A stretch of 64,000 nucleotides of DNA from an uncultured Gemmataceae bacterium (GTDB lineage Bacteria > Planctomycetota > Planctomycetia > Gemmatales > Gemmataceae), in the NCBI GenBank assembly GCA_963750165.1, contig CAVVPN010000004.1, forward strand, positions 1,088,001 to 1,152,000, written 5' to 3'. Position numbers and translations under genes: made by a program. Positions 1-11,251 of this stretch are shown piece by piece (position 1 is the stretch's first letter; every line of letters begins with the position of its first letter). The notes beneath the pieces are model-generated. The model ran no database searches. It saw nothing but the letters and a program-made list of their open reading frames with translations, and was not told where the DNA came from.

Positions 1-4
1 AGCG

Positions 5-30
5 GGTGCCGCTCGGCTCGCGGCACCTAC
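5..30 (-). repeat. GTAG-type REP-like palindrome
   Basis: Minus strand reads GTAGGTGCCGCGAGCCGAGCGGCACC: GTAG followed by a GGTGCCGC/GCGGCACC stem. Confidence 0.5.
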
Positions 31-261
31 CCCAGACCGCTACACCCAACCGCAATCCGCTTTAGTCGGCGGTCCAGTTTTTGGGTCCACTATAGTCTCC
101 TGGTCAAGCACCCTGATCGGACAGGCACCCAGATGGTTGTAGCCGGCGGTATGCAGCGGATACCGGGTAAGGCAGTTAGTATTCCGGGAAAAAGCGCTGC
201 TGATACAAAAGCACTCCACCTCGTGAGCGAGCACTTGTCAGCAACGCTCGTTACGCGCGTT

Positions 262-326
262 GGTCACCTCGACCGGAGCAACCAGGGTGATGTGCGCAAC
301 CTGCTCCGGTCCGACACGCCGAAGCA
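262..326. repeat. ~65-bp imperfect hairpin repeat, copy 1 (copy 2 at 8052-8117)
   Basis: TCGACCGGAGCA-accagggtgatgtgcgcaacc-TGCTCCGGTCCGAcac. Shares CCAGGGTGAT..GCGCAACC..CTCCGGTCCGACAC with copy 2. Confidence 0.7.
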
Positions 327-388
327 ATGTGGGGCGAAGCGGTCAGAATGATGGTTTTCTGATCCGCCATTGGCTCGTCAGCCGGTGT

Positions 389-1427
389 TTAGAGTTCGGC
401 CGCGAGTTCGCGCGTGAGCTGCGCGGCGGGCACCTCCTTGCACCCGCTGGCATTCTGGCCTGACCAGAGCGGTGAGAAGTCCCCATTGCCCAGACTCTCG
501 GCCTTCCCACGCAAGGGTGCGACGGCAGTGGCGGCCAGCGGGAAAGCGGGGGCCACGCTGCTCAGCGGGCCGACCTCCCGGATGAGCCGGTTGACGATCC
601 CGCGCCGGTCGGCCGGTGAACACGTTCGTCAGGGCGGTGTGGCGGGCGGCCGCGCTCTGCAGCGCGGCGCGGTGGAGCGCGCCGGTGGTGGCCTCGGGGC
701 AGAGCAGGTACGCGGTGCCGACCTGCACGCCGGCCGCCCCGAGCGCCAGCGCCGCCCGCACGCCGTTCGCGTCCGCGGTCCCGCCCGCGGCGATCACCGG
801 CACCTTCACGGCCCGCACGATCTGCGGCACGAGCGCGAGCGTGCCGACCTGGGTGGTCACGTCGTCTGACAGGAACATGCCCCGATGGCCACCGGCCTCA
901 ACGCCCTGGGCGATGACGGCATCGACCCCACGCCTTTCGAGCCAGCGCGCCTCCTCGACGGTCGTCGCCGAGGAGAAGACCTTCGCCCCCCAAGCCCGCA
1001 CCCGGGCGAGCAGTTCGTCCGACGGCAGGCCGAAATGAAAGCTCACCACGGCGGGCGTGAATTCGCTGAGCACGTCGGCGGCCTCAGCACTGAAGGGCAG
1101 GCGAACGCCCCCGGCGGGAATCGTACTCACGTCGAGTCCGAACTCCCGGTAGTACGGCGCGAGCGCCGCGCGCCACGCCGCCTCGCGTTCGGGGCTGGGC
1201 GTGGGCGGCGCGTGGCAGAAGAAGTTCACGTTGACCGGCCTGTCCGTCCGTACCCGGATCTCTGCCAGTTCCTTGCGCAGCGCGTCCGGGCTGAGCATGG
1301 CGCACGGGAGCGAGCCCAGTCCCCCGGCGTCGGACACGGCGATCGCCAGCGCGCTGCCCTGCACCCCCGCCATGGGCGCCTGAATGATCGGCAGGCGGAC
1401 GCCGAGATTCCCAAGTAACTTGTGCAT
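389..1427 (-). CDS. Nitronate monooxygenase (2-nitropropane dioxygenase family); apparent frameshift near 600
   Basis: PIIQAPMAG, QGVEAGGHRG, VIAAGG and TNVFTGRPAR motifs. The conserved C-terminus (IVNRLIRE...DFSPLWSGQN...ELAAEL*) continues in another frame to TAA at 389-391. Confidence 0.9.
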
Positions 1428-1574
1428 CCATCACCTCCCGGTCGCGCGGCGGTGGGTTTTTTGCTTTTCTTGCGACAAGGCCGTCGCCATCGAGTATCGT
1501 TGACTATTGTAAAACCGCCTGACCGTCGAAGCCAGCCGTCGAGTCCTCGCCACCCGACTTCCAGGGATGCTAAC

Positions 1575-2999
1575 ATGAACCGTCCGTTCGAAGCCAAGCC
1601 ATCGTCCAACCTGCTCTCGCGCCGTCAACTCCTCCAGGCCGGGGGGATCGGCGCCCTGACGATGGCCTTGCCGGGGATGGTGGCGGCCCGTGTCAACGCG
1701 AACCAGCCGCCGCGGGGCAGCGCGGCCGAGAAGTCGTGCATCTTCGTCCTGCTGTGCGGCGGCCCGAGCCACCTCGACACGTGGGACCTCAAGCCGAACG
1801 CGCCCGCCGACATTCGCGGCCCGTACCGGCCGATCGCCACGGCCGTCCCGGGCATGCGCATCAGCGAACTGCACACGCGCCTCGCACCCCTGACGCAGCA
1901 TTTTGCGCTGATCCGCTCGATGACGCACGTCGGCAACATCAGCAACCACTTCGACGCCATGCACCACCTCCTCAGCGGCCAGGCGGGCGCGCCGGCGGAT
2001 GCCCCCTACCTCGGTGCCATTCTCTCCCGGGTTCGGCCCCGCGAACGCAACGTCGCCAACTACGTCTGGCTCATCCGCTGCGTCGGCGACCCGGTGTTCT
2101 GTGCCCCCAACATCGGCTCGGGCGGGCACCTGGGCGCACAGCACAGCCCGCTGTTCGTCGGCTCCGCCAACAACCACGCCGCCCTGCCGACGTTCCGGGC
2201 CCCCGACGAACTGCAACCCGCGGTGGAGCCCGCCCGGTTGCGAGACCGCCGCCGCTTGCTGGCCAGCATCGACCCGGCCGTCAGTGATCGTGATGGCAAT
2301 CAAGCGGCCCGGGATTGGCAACACTTGCACCACCGCGCCTGCGAGTTGGCGAACGGCTCCGGCGGCCGCGACGTGTACGACCTGCGGCGTGAGCCGCGGG
2401 CCGTGCGCGACCGCTACGGCATGCACCCGCTCGGACAGAACCTGCTCCTCGCGCGCCGGCTGGTCGAGTCCGGCGTCGGCTTCGTCACCGTCAACGGCTG
2501 GACCGGCTCCGCGCCAGGCCAGACCGGCGGCGGCCCACCGGCCTCGAGCTGGGACATGCACGGCAGCGAGATGGGCATGGGCAACGCCTTCGGCAACGGC
2601 TCCTATGGCATGGGTTGGTGTTTACCCTGCCTCGACCAGGGGCTCGCCGCGCTCCTCATCGACCTCCGCGAGCGCGGCTTGCTGGAGCGCACGCTGGTGG
2701 TGGTGATGGGCGAGTTCGGCCGCACGCCGCGCATCAACCAGCCGGATCGGATGCCCGGCCGGCAACACTGGCCGTCGTGCTGGTCCGCCATCCTCGCCGG
2801 CGGCGGCATCCGCGGCGGCGCGGTCTACGGCGAATCCGACCGCATCGGCGCCTTCGTGAAGGATCGCCCCGTGCGCGTGCAGGACCTGGGCGCCACGGTC
2901 TTCCACGCCCTCGGCGTCCCGCGCGAAACTCGCCTGAGCCGCGACGGCTTCACCCGCCCCGTCAGCACCGGCGAGCCGCTCCTGGATTTATTCGGCTGA
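1575..2999 (+). CDS. DUF1501 domain protein with Tat-like signal
   Basis: SRRQLLQAGG leader; GGPSHLDTWDLKP, SWDMH, MGEFGRTPRIN and QHWP motifs. Confidence 0.9.
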   Translation: MNRPFEAKPSSNLLSRRQLLQAGGIGALTMALPGMVAARVNANQPPRGSAAEKSCIFVLLCGGPSHLDTWDLKPNAPADIRGPYRPIATAVPGMRISELHTRLAPLTQHFALIRSMTHVGNISNHFDAMHHLLSGQAGAPADAPYLGAILSRVRPRERNVANYVWLIRCVGDPVFCAPNIGSGGHLGAQHSPLFVGSANNHAALPTFRAPDELQPAVEPARLRDRRRLLASIDPAVSDRDGNQAARDWQHLHHRACELANGSGGRDVYDLRREPRAVRDRYGMHPLGQNLLLARRLVESGVGFVTVNGWTGSAPGQTGGGPPASSWDMHGSEMGMGNAFGNGSYGMGWCLPCLDQGLAALLIDLRERGLLERTLVVVMGEFGRTPRINQPDRMPGRQHWPSCWSAILAGGGIRGGAVYGESDRIGAFVKDRPVRVQDLGATVFHALGVPRETRLSRDGFTRPVSTGEPLLDLFG

Positions 3000-3064
3000 G
3001 CCCGGCTTTCGTATTCGATGATGTCCTCACCCGAGTGAGGGCCTGTCTCCGACTCGAGGCCGTC

Positions 3065-5851
3065 ATGCTTTCGCTTCGTTTTCGCCTGCTGACGGGCATC
3101 GTGCTGGCGTCGCTGTACCCGGTGCCGGGCGCTGCACAAACCGAGAAGGCGCCGCCCGTCGATTTTGTGCGCGACATTCAGCCGATCTTGCAAAAACACT
3201 GCTACCACTGCCACGGCCCCGACAAGGACCGCGGTGGTTTGCGCCTCACCACCCGCGAACTCGTCCTCCAGGGCGGCGACTCCGGATCGGCCGTTGCGCC
3301 CGCCAAGGCCGCGGACAGCTTGCTGCTCCGGCGTGTCACCGCGCTCGATCCCAAAGAACGTATGCCACCGAAAGGCGAACCGCTCTCGAAGGAGCAGATC
3401 GCCCGGCTCAAAGCGTGGATCGACCAGGGAGCGCGTGGACCGACCGGCACGACGGTGAACGCCAGGAAACAGCACTGGGCATTTCAGCCGGTGAAACGGC
3501 CGCCGTTGCCCGAGGTCAAGAACCAGGCCTGGGGGCGCAACCCGATCGATGTCTTCCTCCTCGCCCGCCTGGAAACCGCGATGTTGACGCCCAACAAAAT
3601 GGCCGACCGTGCCACGCTGATCCGCCGGCTCAAGTTCGACGTGCTCGGTCTGCCCCCGACACCGGAAGAAGTGGAGGCGTTCGTCAAGGACCCCGACCCG
3701 AAGGCGTACGAGAAGCTCGTCGATCGATACCTCGCCGCGCCCCAGTTCGGCGAACGCTGGGCGCGGCACTGGCTCGACGCGGTGCGCTTTGCCGAATCGG
3801 ACGGCTTCGAGACCAACCAGCCGCGGCTGAATGCCTGGCCGTACCGCGATTACGTCATCCGGTCGCTCAATGACGACAAGCCCTATGACCGCTTCATCAT
3901 GGAACAGCTGGCGGGCGATCAACTCGGCGCCCCAGAGGCGACCGGGTTTTTGGTCGGCGGGGCGCACGACAAGGTGAAGAGCCCCGACGTCAACCTCACG
4001 CTCATGCAGCGCGGCGACGAATTGCACGACATCATCAACACCACCGGCGCGACCTTTCTCGGCCTGACCGTCGGCTGTGCCCGCTGCCATGATCACAAAT
4101 TCGACCCGATCTCGATGCGCGACTACTACGGCATGCGCGCCGTGTTCGCCGGCGTGCGGCACGGCGAGCGGCCGATCAAGCAGCAGGCAGACCCGGAGCG
4201 GATCAAGGCGTTGCGCCGCCAGCTCGGCGAGCTGGAGCACGCGATCAGCGCCGCCGAGCCGGTCGCCGACCCAACCGCGAAGGAGCCGCGCCGCCAGCAG
4301 GTGAGCGCCGTGGGGAACTACGAGCGCTTGGTCGCCAGCAAGGCGAAGTTCGTCCGCTTCACAATCGAAGCGACCAACAACGGCTCCGAGCCGTGCATCG
4401 ACGAGCTGGAAATTTTCTCCGCCGGCAAGGAGCCGAAGAACGTCGCGCTCGGGGCGAAGGCGACCTCCTCGGGAAATTTTCCCGGCAACGCTTTCCACAA
4501 ACTCCAGCACGTCAACGACGGCAAGTACGGCAATTCGCACAGCTGGATTGCAAACACCGCCGGCAAAGGCTGGGTGCAGCTCGAATTGCCCAGGGTGGAA
4601 ACCATCGACCGCATCGCCTGGTCCCGTGACCGCGAGGGAAAGTTTGCGGATCGGCTGGCCACGAAGTATCGCATCGAAATCGCGACCGAGCCGGGGAAGT
4701 GGCAGGTCGTGGCGTCGTCCGCGGATCGAACCAGGTTCGGGGCCGGGCTTCCCGAGCAACCGCAGACCCGGCTGCTGGCCCGGCGCGCCGCGCTGGAAAA
4801 ACAACTGCGCGCCGCGGAAGGAACGACGCTGGTCTATGCCGGCACGTTCACCACGCCGGAGCCGACCCACCGCCTGCACCGCGGCGACCCGATGCAAAAG
4901 CGCGAGGCGATCGCGCCGGCGGCGCCGGCAGCGTTCGGCAAACCGATGCAACTGGCGATGACGGCCGGCGACACGGAGCGGCGCCTCGCGCTGGCGAAGT
5001 GGATCGCCGATCCGGCGCACCCACTCACCGCACGCGTCCTCGTCAATCGTCTCTGGCAGCATCATTTCGGCCAGGGCATCGTCAACACGCCGAGCGACTT
5101 CGGCCTGAATGGCGGCAAGCCGTCGCACCCGGAGCTGCTCGATTGGCTGGCGGCGGAGTTCGTCCATCCCGACCCGAAGACCAGGAGACTGGGAGACAAG
5201 GGGACGGGATCGTGGGGCATGAAACACATCCACCGCCTGATCTTGCTCTCGGCGACCTACCGCCAGGCCAGCACGTTCAATCCGCAGGCCGCGGCCATCG
5301 ACCGCGACGCCCGCCTGCTGTGGCGCTACCCGCCGCGCCGCCTCGATGCGGAACCGCTGCGCGACGCCTACCTGTTCGTCAGCGGCAAACTCGACCTCAC
5401 GATGGGCGGTCCCGGCTTCGACCTCTTCGAGCCGAACACCAACTACGTCAAGGTCTACAACCCGAAGAAGGACTTCGGCCCCGCGGAATGGCGGCGGATG
5501 ATCTATCAAAGCAAATGGCGCATGCAGATGGACGACGTGTTCGGCGCCTTCGACTGCCCCGACGCCGGCCAGATCGCGCCGAAGCGCACCACCTCGACGA
5601 CGGCCTTGCAAGCGCTCAACCTCCTGAACAGCAGGTTCATGCTGCAGCAGGCAAAGTTTTTCGCCGAGCGGCTGGAGCGCGAGGCCGGCAAGGACGTGGG
5701 ACGGCAAGTGCGCCGCGGGTTCCGCCTGGCGTTCCAGCGCGAGCCGAGCGCGACCGAGGCCGTGGCCGCGGCACGCCTGGTGCGCGACCACGGGTTGCCC
5801 GCATTGTGCCGGGCGCTGTTCAACGCGAATGAGTTTTTGTTTGTGGATTGA
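3065..5851 (+). CDS. Planctomycete cytochrome c protein (PSCyt1-DUF1549-discoidin-like-DUF1553/PSD1)
   Basis: [52 protein letters not shown] and [11 protein letters not shown] motifs; central F5/8-type-C-like segment. Confidence 0.92.
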   Translation: MLSLRFRLLTGIVLASLYPVPGAAQTEKAPPVDFVRDIQPILQKHCYHCHGPDKDRGGLRLTTRELVLQGGDSGSAVAPAKAADSLLLRRVTALDPKERMPPKGEPLSKEQIARLKAWIDQGARGPTGTTVNARKQHWAFQPVKRPPLPEVKNQAWGRNPIDVFLLARLETAMLTPNKMADRATLIRRLKFDVLGLPPTPEEVEAFVKDPDPKAYEKLVDRYLAAPQFGERWARHWLDAVRFAESDGFETNQPRLNAWPYRDYVIRSLNDDKPYDRFIMEQLAGDQLGAPEATGFLVGGAHDKVKSPDVNLTLMQRGDELHDIINTTGATFLGLTVGCARCHDHKFDPISMRDYYGMRAVFAGVRHGERPIKQQADPERIKALRRQLGELEHAISAAEPVADPTAKEPRRQQVSAVGNYERLVASKAKFVRFTIEATNNGSEPCIDELEIFSAGKEPKNVALGAKATSSGNFPGNAFHKLQHVNDGKYGNSHSWIANTAGKGWVQLELPRVETIDRIAWSRDREGKFADRLATKYRIEIATEPGKWQVVASSADRTRFGAGLPEQPQTRLLARRAALEKQLRAAEGTTLVYAGTFTTPEPTHRLHRGDPMQKREAIAPAAPAAFGKPMQLAMTAGDTERRLALAKWIADPAHPLTARVLVNRLWQHHFGQGIVNTPSDFGLNGGKPSHPELLDWLAAEFVHPDPKTRRLGDKGTGSWGMKHIHRLILLSATYRQASTFNPQAAAIDRDARLLWRYPPRRLDAEPLRDAYLFVSGKLDLTMGGPGFDLFEPNTNYVKVYNPKKDFGPAEWRRMIYQSKWRMQMDDVFGAFDCPDAGQIAPKRTTSTTALQALNLLNSRFMLQQAKFFAERLEREAGKDVGRQVRRGFRLAFQREPSATEAVAAARLVRDHGLPALCRALFNANEFLFVD

Positions 5852-5855
5852 GACA

Positions 5856-7331
5856 ATGCACCAGCCACGCTCCCACGGTCACCCCCTGCTCAACCGCCGC
5901 GCCTTCCTGCAAACCGCCGGCGGCCTTGGCAGCCTCGCGCTGATCAAGCTGCTCGCCGACCAGGGGCTGCTCGCCGACCCCATCCGGCCGAACATCCGCC
6001 CGGAGGCGCCGCTGGCGCCACGGCCGCCGCACTTTGAAGCGAAGGCGAAGCGCGTGCTGATGATCTTCTGTTCCGGAGCCGTCAGCCACGTCGATACCTT
6101 CGACTACAAGCCGGAACTGGTGCGGCGCGACGGGCAGGCGCTGCCGGGCGCGGATCGGCTGATTACCTTTCAGGGCGAGCAAGGCAACCTGGCGGCGCCG
6201 CGCTGGCGCTTTCGGCCGCGGGGACAGTCCGGGAAGATGATCTCCGACCTGTTGCCGAACCTCGCGGGGTTGGCGGACGACCTCTGTTTCATCCATTCGA
6301 TGACCGCCCGCTCCAACACGCACGGGCCGGCGGAAAACCAGATGTCCACCGGCTTCACGCTGGACGGCTTTCCGTCGATCGGCGCCTGGGTCAGTTATGC
6401 CCTGGGCAGTGAGAACGCCGACCTGCCGGCGTTCGTGGCGATCCCCGACCCGCGCGGGGTGCCGCAGGTGGGGCCGAACAACTGGGGCAGCGCCTTTCTG
6501 CCGGCCGTCTTTCAGGGGACCGCGTTCGGGGCGGATCGGCCGATTCCCCATCTGGCGCGGCCAGCCGAAATCACTCCGCAGGAGGACGAAGCGACGCGCG
6601 GTTTCTTGCGGGCGCTCAACGATGAGCATGCGCGACGGCACCCCGGCGACACGGAGTTGGCGGCGCGGATCGCCAGCTACGAATTGGCGGCGCGCATGCA
6701 ACTGCAGGCCGCCGAGGTCGGCGACCTGCGCGCGAACCGCGCCGGCCTGCTCGACCGCTACGGCTGTCACGATGCCAACCGCGTCAAGGCCGGCTTCGCG
6801 CGCAATTGTGTGCTGGCCCGTCGCCTGCTGGAGGCGGACGTCCGCTTCGTCCAGCTCTTCAACGGCGCCTACGCCATGGGCGAAGGGGTCGGCAACTGGG
6901 ACGGCCATCGCGCCATCAGAACCCAGTACGACGTCCACGGCCCCATCCTGGATCAGCCGTGCGCCGCCCTGGTGCGGGACCTGAAGCAGCGTGGCCTGTT
7001 GAGCGACACGCTGGTCGTCTGGGTGACGGAGTTTGGCCGCATGCCGACGTTTCAGCGCGGCGCGTCGGGCCGCGACCACAACCCGCATGGCTTCACCGTC
7101 TGGCTAGCCGGCGCCGGCGTCAAGCGCGGCTTCAGTTTTGGCGCAACCGACGAGTTCGGCTACCGGGCTGAGGAGCACCGCACGACCATCTACGACCTGC
7201 ACGCCACGATCCTGCATCTCCTGGGGTTGGATCACGAGCGGTTGAGCTTTTACCACAACGGCATCGAACGCCGGCTCACCGACGTGCACGGGCAGGTGGT
7301 GGAGGCTGTGCTGGCTGATGTCGGCGCTTAA
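5856..7331 (+). CDS. DUF1501 domain protein (PSD1 partner), Tat-like signal
   Basis: [36 protein letters not shown] and RRLTDVHG motifs. The stop codon coincides with the left end of the IS remnant. Confidence 0.9.
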   Translation: MHQPRSHGHPLLNRRAFLQTAGGLGSLALIKLLADQGLLADPIRPNIRPEAPLAPRPPHFEAKAKRVLMIFCSGAVSHVDTFDYKPELVRRDGQALPGADRLITFQGEQGNLAAPRWRFRPRGQSGKMISDLLPNLAGLADDLCFIHSMTARSNTHGPAENQMSTGFTLDGFPSIGAWVSYALGSENADLPAFVAIPDPRGVPQVGPNNWGSAFLPAVFQGTAFGADRPIPHLARPAEITPQEDEATRGFLRALNDEHARRHPGDTELAARIASYELAARMQLQAAEVGDLRANRAGLLDRYGCHDANRVKAGFARNCVLARRLLEADVRFVQLFNGAYAMGEGVGNWDGHRAIRTQYDVHGPILDQPCAALVRDLKQRGLLSDTLVVWVTEFGRMPTFQRGASGRDHNPHGFTVWLAGAGVKRGFSFGATDEFGYRAEEHRTTIYDLHATILHLLGLDHERLSFYHNGIERRLTDVHGQVVEAVLADVGA

Positions 7332-8048
7332 TACGGCTTTGTTACTTGGGGTGGACAGTCGTATAATGTGGTATGAAACCCACAACCCGAGTCCCGCTCG
7401 CGCCAGCCGAGCCGTTGCCTGCGCTTTCCTGGTGGCGCAGGCCCGGCGGGGCGGCGCGGCCCGGCGGGCCGACGCCGTGGTGGCGGCGCAGCCGGCCCGG
7501 GGTTGGCGGACGGTGCGCTGGCGCGAGGGCAGCAAGGGCTGGCTGCGGTGCCGCGCCGTGGCGCTGCGCTGCTGGCGGGTGCGGCCCGACGGCCGGCGGC
7601 GGGCCGGCTGGCTGCTCGGAGAGGACGGCAGCGACGGCAAGCGGCGCTACCACTGGAGCAACTGCGGCCGGCGCGCGTCGCTGGGGCGGTTGTTGGAGTA
7701 CGCGCACCGGCGGCACTGGGTGGAGCGCTACCACGAGGAGGCCAAGGGGCTGCTGGGCTGGGACCAGTATCAGGGGCGGCTGTGGACGGGCTTCCACCGC
7801 AACAGCGTGTTGGTGATGCTGGCCTACAGCTTTTTGGTCCAGCAGGAGTGGCAGGCACGGCAGCAGGTCAGCCGACGCGGGCGCCCGCGTCGGCCTTTTT
7901 CCCCCTCGGCCCGACCGCCGACGGGCGTCGCTGCCTGAGGTCCACCGCCGCGTCTGTGACTGGCTGCTGGACCAGGCACGGCGCGAGCTCAATAGTCGCG
8001 AACACATTGCGCACTTCCGCCCACTACTTAACTGACAAAGCCGTATTA
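7329..8048 (+). mobile_element. IS701-family element, internally deleted (720 bp, both terminal IRs intact)
   Basis: IRs TAATACGGCTTTGTTA (7329-7344) and TGACAAAGCCGTATTA (8033-8048), 15/16 match. Encodes only the transposase C-terminus: WRTVRWREGSKG...RHWVERYHEEAKGLLGWDQYQGRLWTGFHRN. Confidence 0.85.
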
Positions 8049-8051
8049 GGG

Positions 8052-8117
8052 TGCTTCGGTACATTCGACCGAAGTATCCAGGGTGATTCGCGCAACCGAC
8101 TCCGGTCCGACACACCT
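8052..8117. repeat. ~65-bp hairpin repeat, copy 2
   Basis: TGCTTCGGTACATTCGACCGAAGTATCCAGGGTGATTCGCGCAACCGACTCCGGTCCGACAC; similar to 262-326. Confidence 0.65.
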
Positions 8118-8185
8118 AATTGCAGATCGTCCGAAGCTTCCAAAGCGTATTGCGGGCATCGCTCCCCATCAAGCAAAGCACCCGG

Positions 8186-9304
8186 TCACACCCGCAGCAG
8201 TCGATCCCGGCCCGCAATGTCCCACGTCCCCACGAGCCGGCCGCCCTCGATGACATACGCCCGCTGGTGCATGGCGCACGTCGGGCAGATGTGCGTCGGG
8301 ATGGCGAACGCCTCGTCACCCGGCTGAAAGCGCGCCGCCGCGGGCGTCTCGATGACCAGGTGTTCCTCGTTCTGCAACACCGCCTCGTACTCGGGCACGT
8401 CCAGCAGGATGAGCCGCTTGCCCGCCGGCGGATCGCTGGCGACGGCCTTGTAGCCAAGGTCGAAGGTCACGCGCGTCGGCGTCGGCCGGCTGATGACGCG
8501 CGTCAACAGCAGCGCCGCCGGCACGAAGCCGCTCAGATCCGCGAACCGACTGCCGTAGCCGTGGTCGTGCAGCACACAGGTTCCCGGCGCGAGTTCGACG
8601 CCCGGCAATTGCAATTTCGCGTGGACCGGAAACGTCGGCGTGCCGCCCAGTACCAGTCGCGGCACCGGCAGCCTCTGCTGTTCCAGCGCCGCGCGCATCT
8701 CCAGCACCGGACCTAGCTGGCGGTCCACTGCCTCCTGTCGGTCCGCGAGTGCCTCCTGATGATTGTGGCCGTCGTAGACGTGCAGGCCGCCGGGCGCCAG
8801 GCCGGGCAGGCGCGCGAACTGCTCGTAGAGCCGCGCCGCCTCCGGCCCGGGCGCAATGCCAGTGCGGTGCTGGCCGACGTCAATGTCCAGCAGCACGTCC
8901 GCGCGCAGGTTCGCGCCGGCCAGGGCCGCGGACAGGTCACGAGCCGCTTTTGGGTGGTCGCAGAGCACGGAGAACCGGCATTGCGGATACGTCTGCAATA
9001 GCTGGACGAACCGGCCGCAGTTGGGGCCGACGAGGTTGTACGCCAGCAGCACGTCAGGCACGCCGCAGGAGGCGACCAGGTCGGCCTCGGCGATGGTGGC
9101 GACCTTGTGTTTGGTGATGCCGGCGGCGAGTTCCAGGCGGACGATTTCGCGCGTCTTGTGCGTCTTGACGTGTGGCCGCAGCCGGTCGGCACTGCCGGCG
9201 ATTTCCAGGCAGCGGGCGATGTTCCGACGGATGAGGTCCTTGTAAAACAACAGCGCGGGGCTGAAGATCGCGGCGGTGTCGTGGACGGCGTATTGCGGGT
9301 TCAT
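8186..9304 (-). CDS. D-TA family PLP-dependent enzyme (D-threonine aldolase/DSD1-like)
   Basis: LRPHVKTHK, DVGQHRTG, HVYDGH, QNEEHL and PTHICPT motifs; start MNPQY at 9304. Confidence 0.88.
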   Translation of the reverse strand: MNPQYAVHDTAAIFSPALLFYKDLIRRNIARCLEIAGSADRLRPHVKTHKTREIVRLELAAGITKHKVATIAEADLVASCGVPDVLLAYNLVGPNCGRFVQLLQTYPQCRFSVLCDHPKAARDLSAALAGANLRADVLLDIDVGQHRTGIAPGPEAARLYEQFARLPGLAPGGLHVYDGHNHQEALADRQEAVDRQLGPVLEMRAALEQQRLPVPRLVLGGTPTFPVHAKLQLPGVELAPGTCVLHDHGYGSRFADLSGFVPAALLLTRVISRPTPTRVTFDLGYKAVASDPPAGKRLILLDVPEYEAVLQNEEHLVIETPAAARFQPGDEAFAIPTHICPTCAMHQRAYVIEGGRLVGTWDIAGRDRLLRV

Positions 9305-9415
9305 GGCTTGGCACCCTGGCGGCGACGGTGGCGGTGGCACGTTGCCCGCTATGGTAGGTGGCAGCCGCGGCCCTGTCACGCGGAAAACGCGGTGCGTGAA
9401 CGGCGGAGGTTTGTC

Positions 9416-10632
9416 GTGGAGTCCAACGAACCAGGAAAACAACTCGACCGGCGCGCGTGGCTGCGCTGGGCGGGAGCGACGGGCCTGGCCGGGCTGCTGC
9501 CGGCCGGATGTGGGCAGAGGCCGCAGGTGGCCCCGCCTGATTCGGCGCCGCTGATGCGCTTCCCGCAAAAAGTCGCGCTGCGCGTGCTCAGCGACCGCGC
9601 CCCCTGCCTGGAAACGCCCTGGCGCTACTTCCGCCACGACCTGACGCCCAACGAGGCCTTTTACGTCCGCTGGCACCTTGAAGCGATCCCGACGCGCGTG
9701 GACCTGGCGACCTGGCGGCTGCGCGTCGGCGGCCACGTCCGGCAGCCGCTGGCGCTGTCGCTGGACGACCTGCGCGGCATGGAGGCGGTCTCGGTGGTGG
9801 CGGTCAACCAGTGCTCGGGCAACTCGCGGAGTTTCTTCGCGCCGCGCGTGCCCGGCGGCCAGTGGTTCAACGGCGCGATGGGCAACGCCCGCTGGACGGG
9901 GGTCCGCCTCCGCGACCTGCTGCGGCGGGCGGAAGTGCGGGCCGGGGCGGTGCAGGTCTCCTTCAACGGCCTGGACGAGGGGCCGCTGCCGACGGTGCCC
10001 GACTTCATCAAGGCCCTCGACTTGGACCACGCCGAGCAGCCCGAGGTGCTGGTCGCTTACGAAATGAACGGCGCCCCGCTGCCGCTGCTGAACGGCTTCC
10101 CGGCGCGCCTGATAGTGCCCGGCTGGTACGCGACGTACTGGGTCAAGGCGCTGTCCGACATCATCGTGCTGGACCGCCGCTACACCGGCTTCTGGATGGC
10201 CAGTGCTTACCGCATTCCGACGACGCCCGGGGCGAACGAGACGCCGCAGGCGCTCGCCCCGGCCGCGGAGACGTGTCCGATCAACCGCATGAACGTCCGC
10301 TCGTTCTTCGTGCGCCCCGACCCAGACGCCCGGGTGCCGGCCGGCCAGGCTTGTCCGCTGGAGGGCATCGCCTTCGACGGCGGGGCCGGCATTCGCACGG
10401 TGGAAGTCTCGACCGACGGCGGCAGCTGGACGGCGGCGCGGCTGGGCGAGGACCTGGGCCGGTTCTCGTTCCGCCGCTGGCACGCCGAGTGGACGCCGCC
10501 GCGCGCGGCGACTACCGCTTGCAAGTCCGCGCCGTCAGCAACGCGAACGAGCGCCAGCCGACCCAGGCCAACTGGAACCGCGGCGGTTACATGCGCAACG
10601 TCATCGAGGAAATCCGCGTGACTTCGGAATGA
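9416..10632 (+). CDS. sorA: Sulfite:cytochrome c oxidoreductase molybdenum subunit, SorA-like (Tat-exported); apparent frameshift at ~10500
   Basis: GGAGG RBS then GTG; DRRAWL twin-Arg; LETP, FYVRWHL, NQCSGNSR..GGQWFNGAMGNARW and LNGFPARLIVPGWYATYWVK motifs. The C-terminus (RGDYRLQVRA...WNRGGYMRNVIE) is in another frame. Confidence 0.8.
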
Positions 10633-10693
10633 TGAATGATGAATTGTCTTCCATTCATTATTCAGCGTCTGTTCCAGAAGGGTTGGGGCCCGA

Positions 10694-10753
10694 GTTGGAG
10701 TCCCGGCTTGAGCCGGGTTTACAGCCGAACCCGGCTCAAGCCGGGACTCCAAC
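10694..10753. repeat. REPIN-like inverted doublet
   Basis: GTTGGAGTCCCGGCTTGAGCCGGGTT...AACCCGGCTCAAGCCGGGACTCCAAC: a perfect 26-bp IR, each arm with an internal palindrome. Confidence 0.8.
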
Positions 10754-10771
10754 CCCGACGGAACGCCCCTT

Positions 10772-10861
10772 TCGGAACAACCAAGTTCACGTGCGGGCCG
10801 AGTGGGCTGGGCGTGTCCGATTAACCTCAGATGGCCCGTCACGTGCAACGGTTGGTTCGGC
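10772..10861 (-). other. attC-like recombination site
   Basis: Minus strand GCCGAAC-CAACCG-TTGCACGTGACGGGCC...GGCCCGCACGTGAAC-TTGGTT-GTTCCGA. Starts 5 nt after the PIN gene stop; bulged L-box arms. Confidence 0.8.
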
Positions 10862-10865
10862 CCGC

Positions 10866-11246
10866 CTACCGGATGTAGGGCTGGCCCGTCACGAGGCCGG
10901 GCACGATCCGGTAGTGCTTGTCGTTGAACGTACACAACTCTGCCGAAAGACCGACGGTGATGGCCGCGATCAGGGCGTCCAGCAACCCGAGTCCGTGCGA
11001 CAGGTGGAAGGCTGTAAAGTCGGCCAGTGCCCGCTGGCAGTCCGCGGTCGTCGGCCAGACGATGGGCAGGGGGGCGGTCAGTCGCAACACATCGCGAACC
11101 TGCCCGGCGTTCTGCGCCCCCTGGATCAACTCCATGACGACCAGCCCGGGCACAGTCGGCAGTTCAGTGAGGCCTGCGAACCAAGCCAGGGCGGCGGCGT
11201 GCCCGCGTTACACGTCGATCAGTACGTCGGTGTCGAGGACGAGCAT
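10866..11246 (-). pseudogene. PIN/VapC toxin with in-frame TAA at codon 13
   Basis: MLVLDTDVLIDV*RGHAAA...VMELIQG...LLDALIAA...TFNDKHY; stop at 11208-11210. Confidence 0.8.
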
Positions 11247-11251
11247 CGCGG

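Noticed and set aside
40..234. 64-aa ORF at the window start
   Set aside because: No RBS or recognisable motif; it lies between repeats.
9305..10483. Long N-terminal extension on the D-TA enzyme (765-aa ORF)
   Set aside because: It is the antisense shadow of sorA; homology starts at MNPQY (9304).
11208..11210. Stop-codon recoding in the PIN gene
   Set aside because: The codon is TAA, not TGA or TAG, and TAA is used as a normal stop elsewhere in the window.
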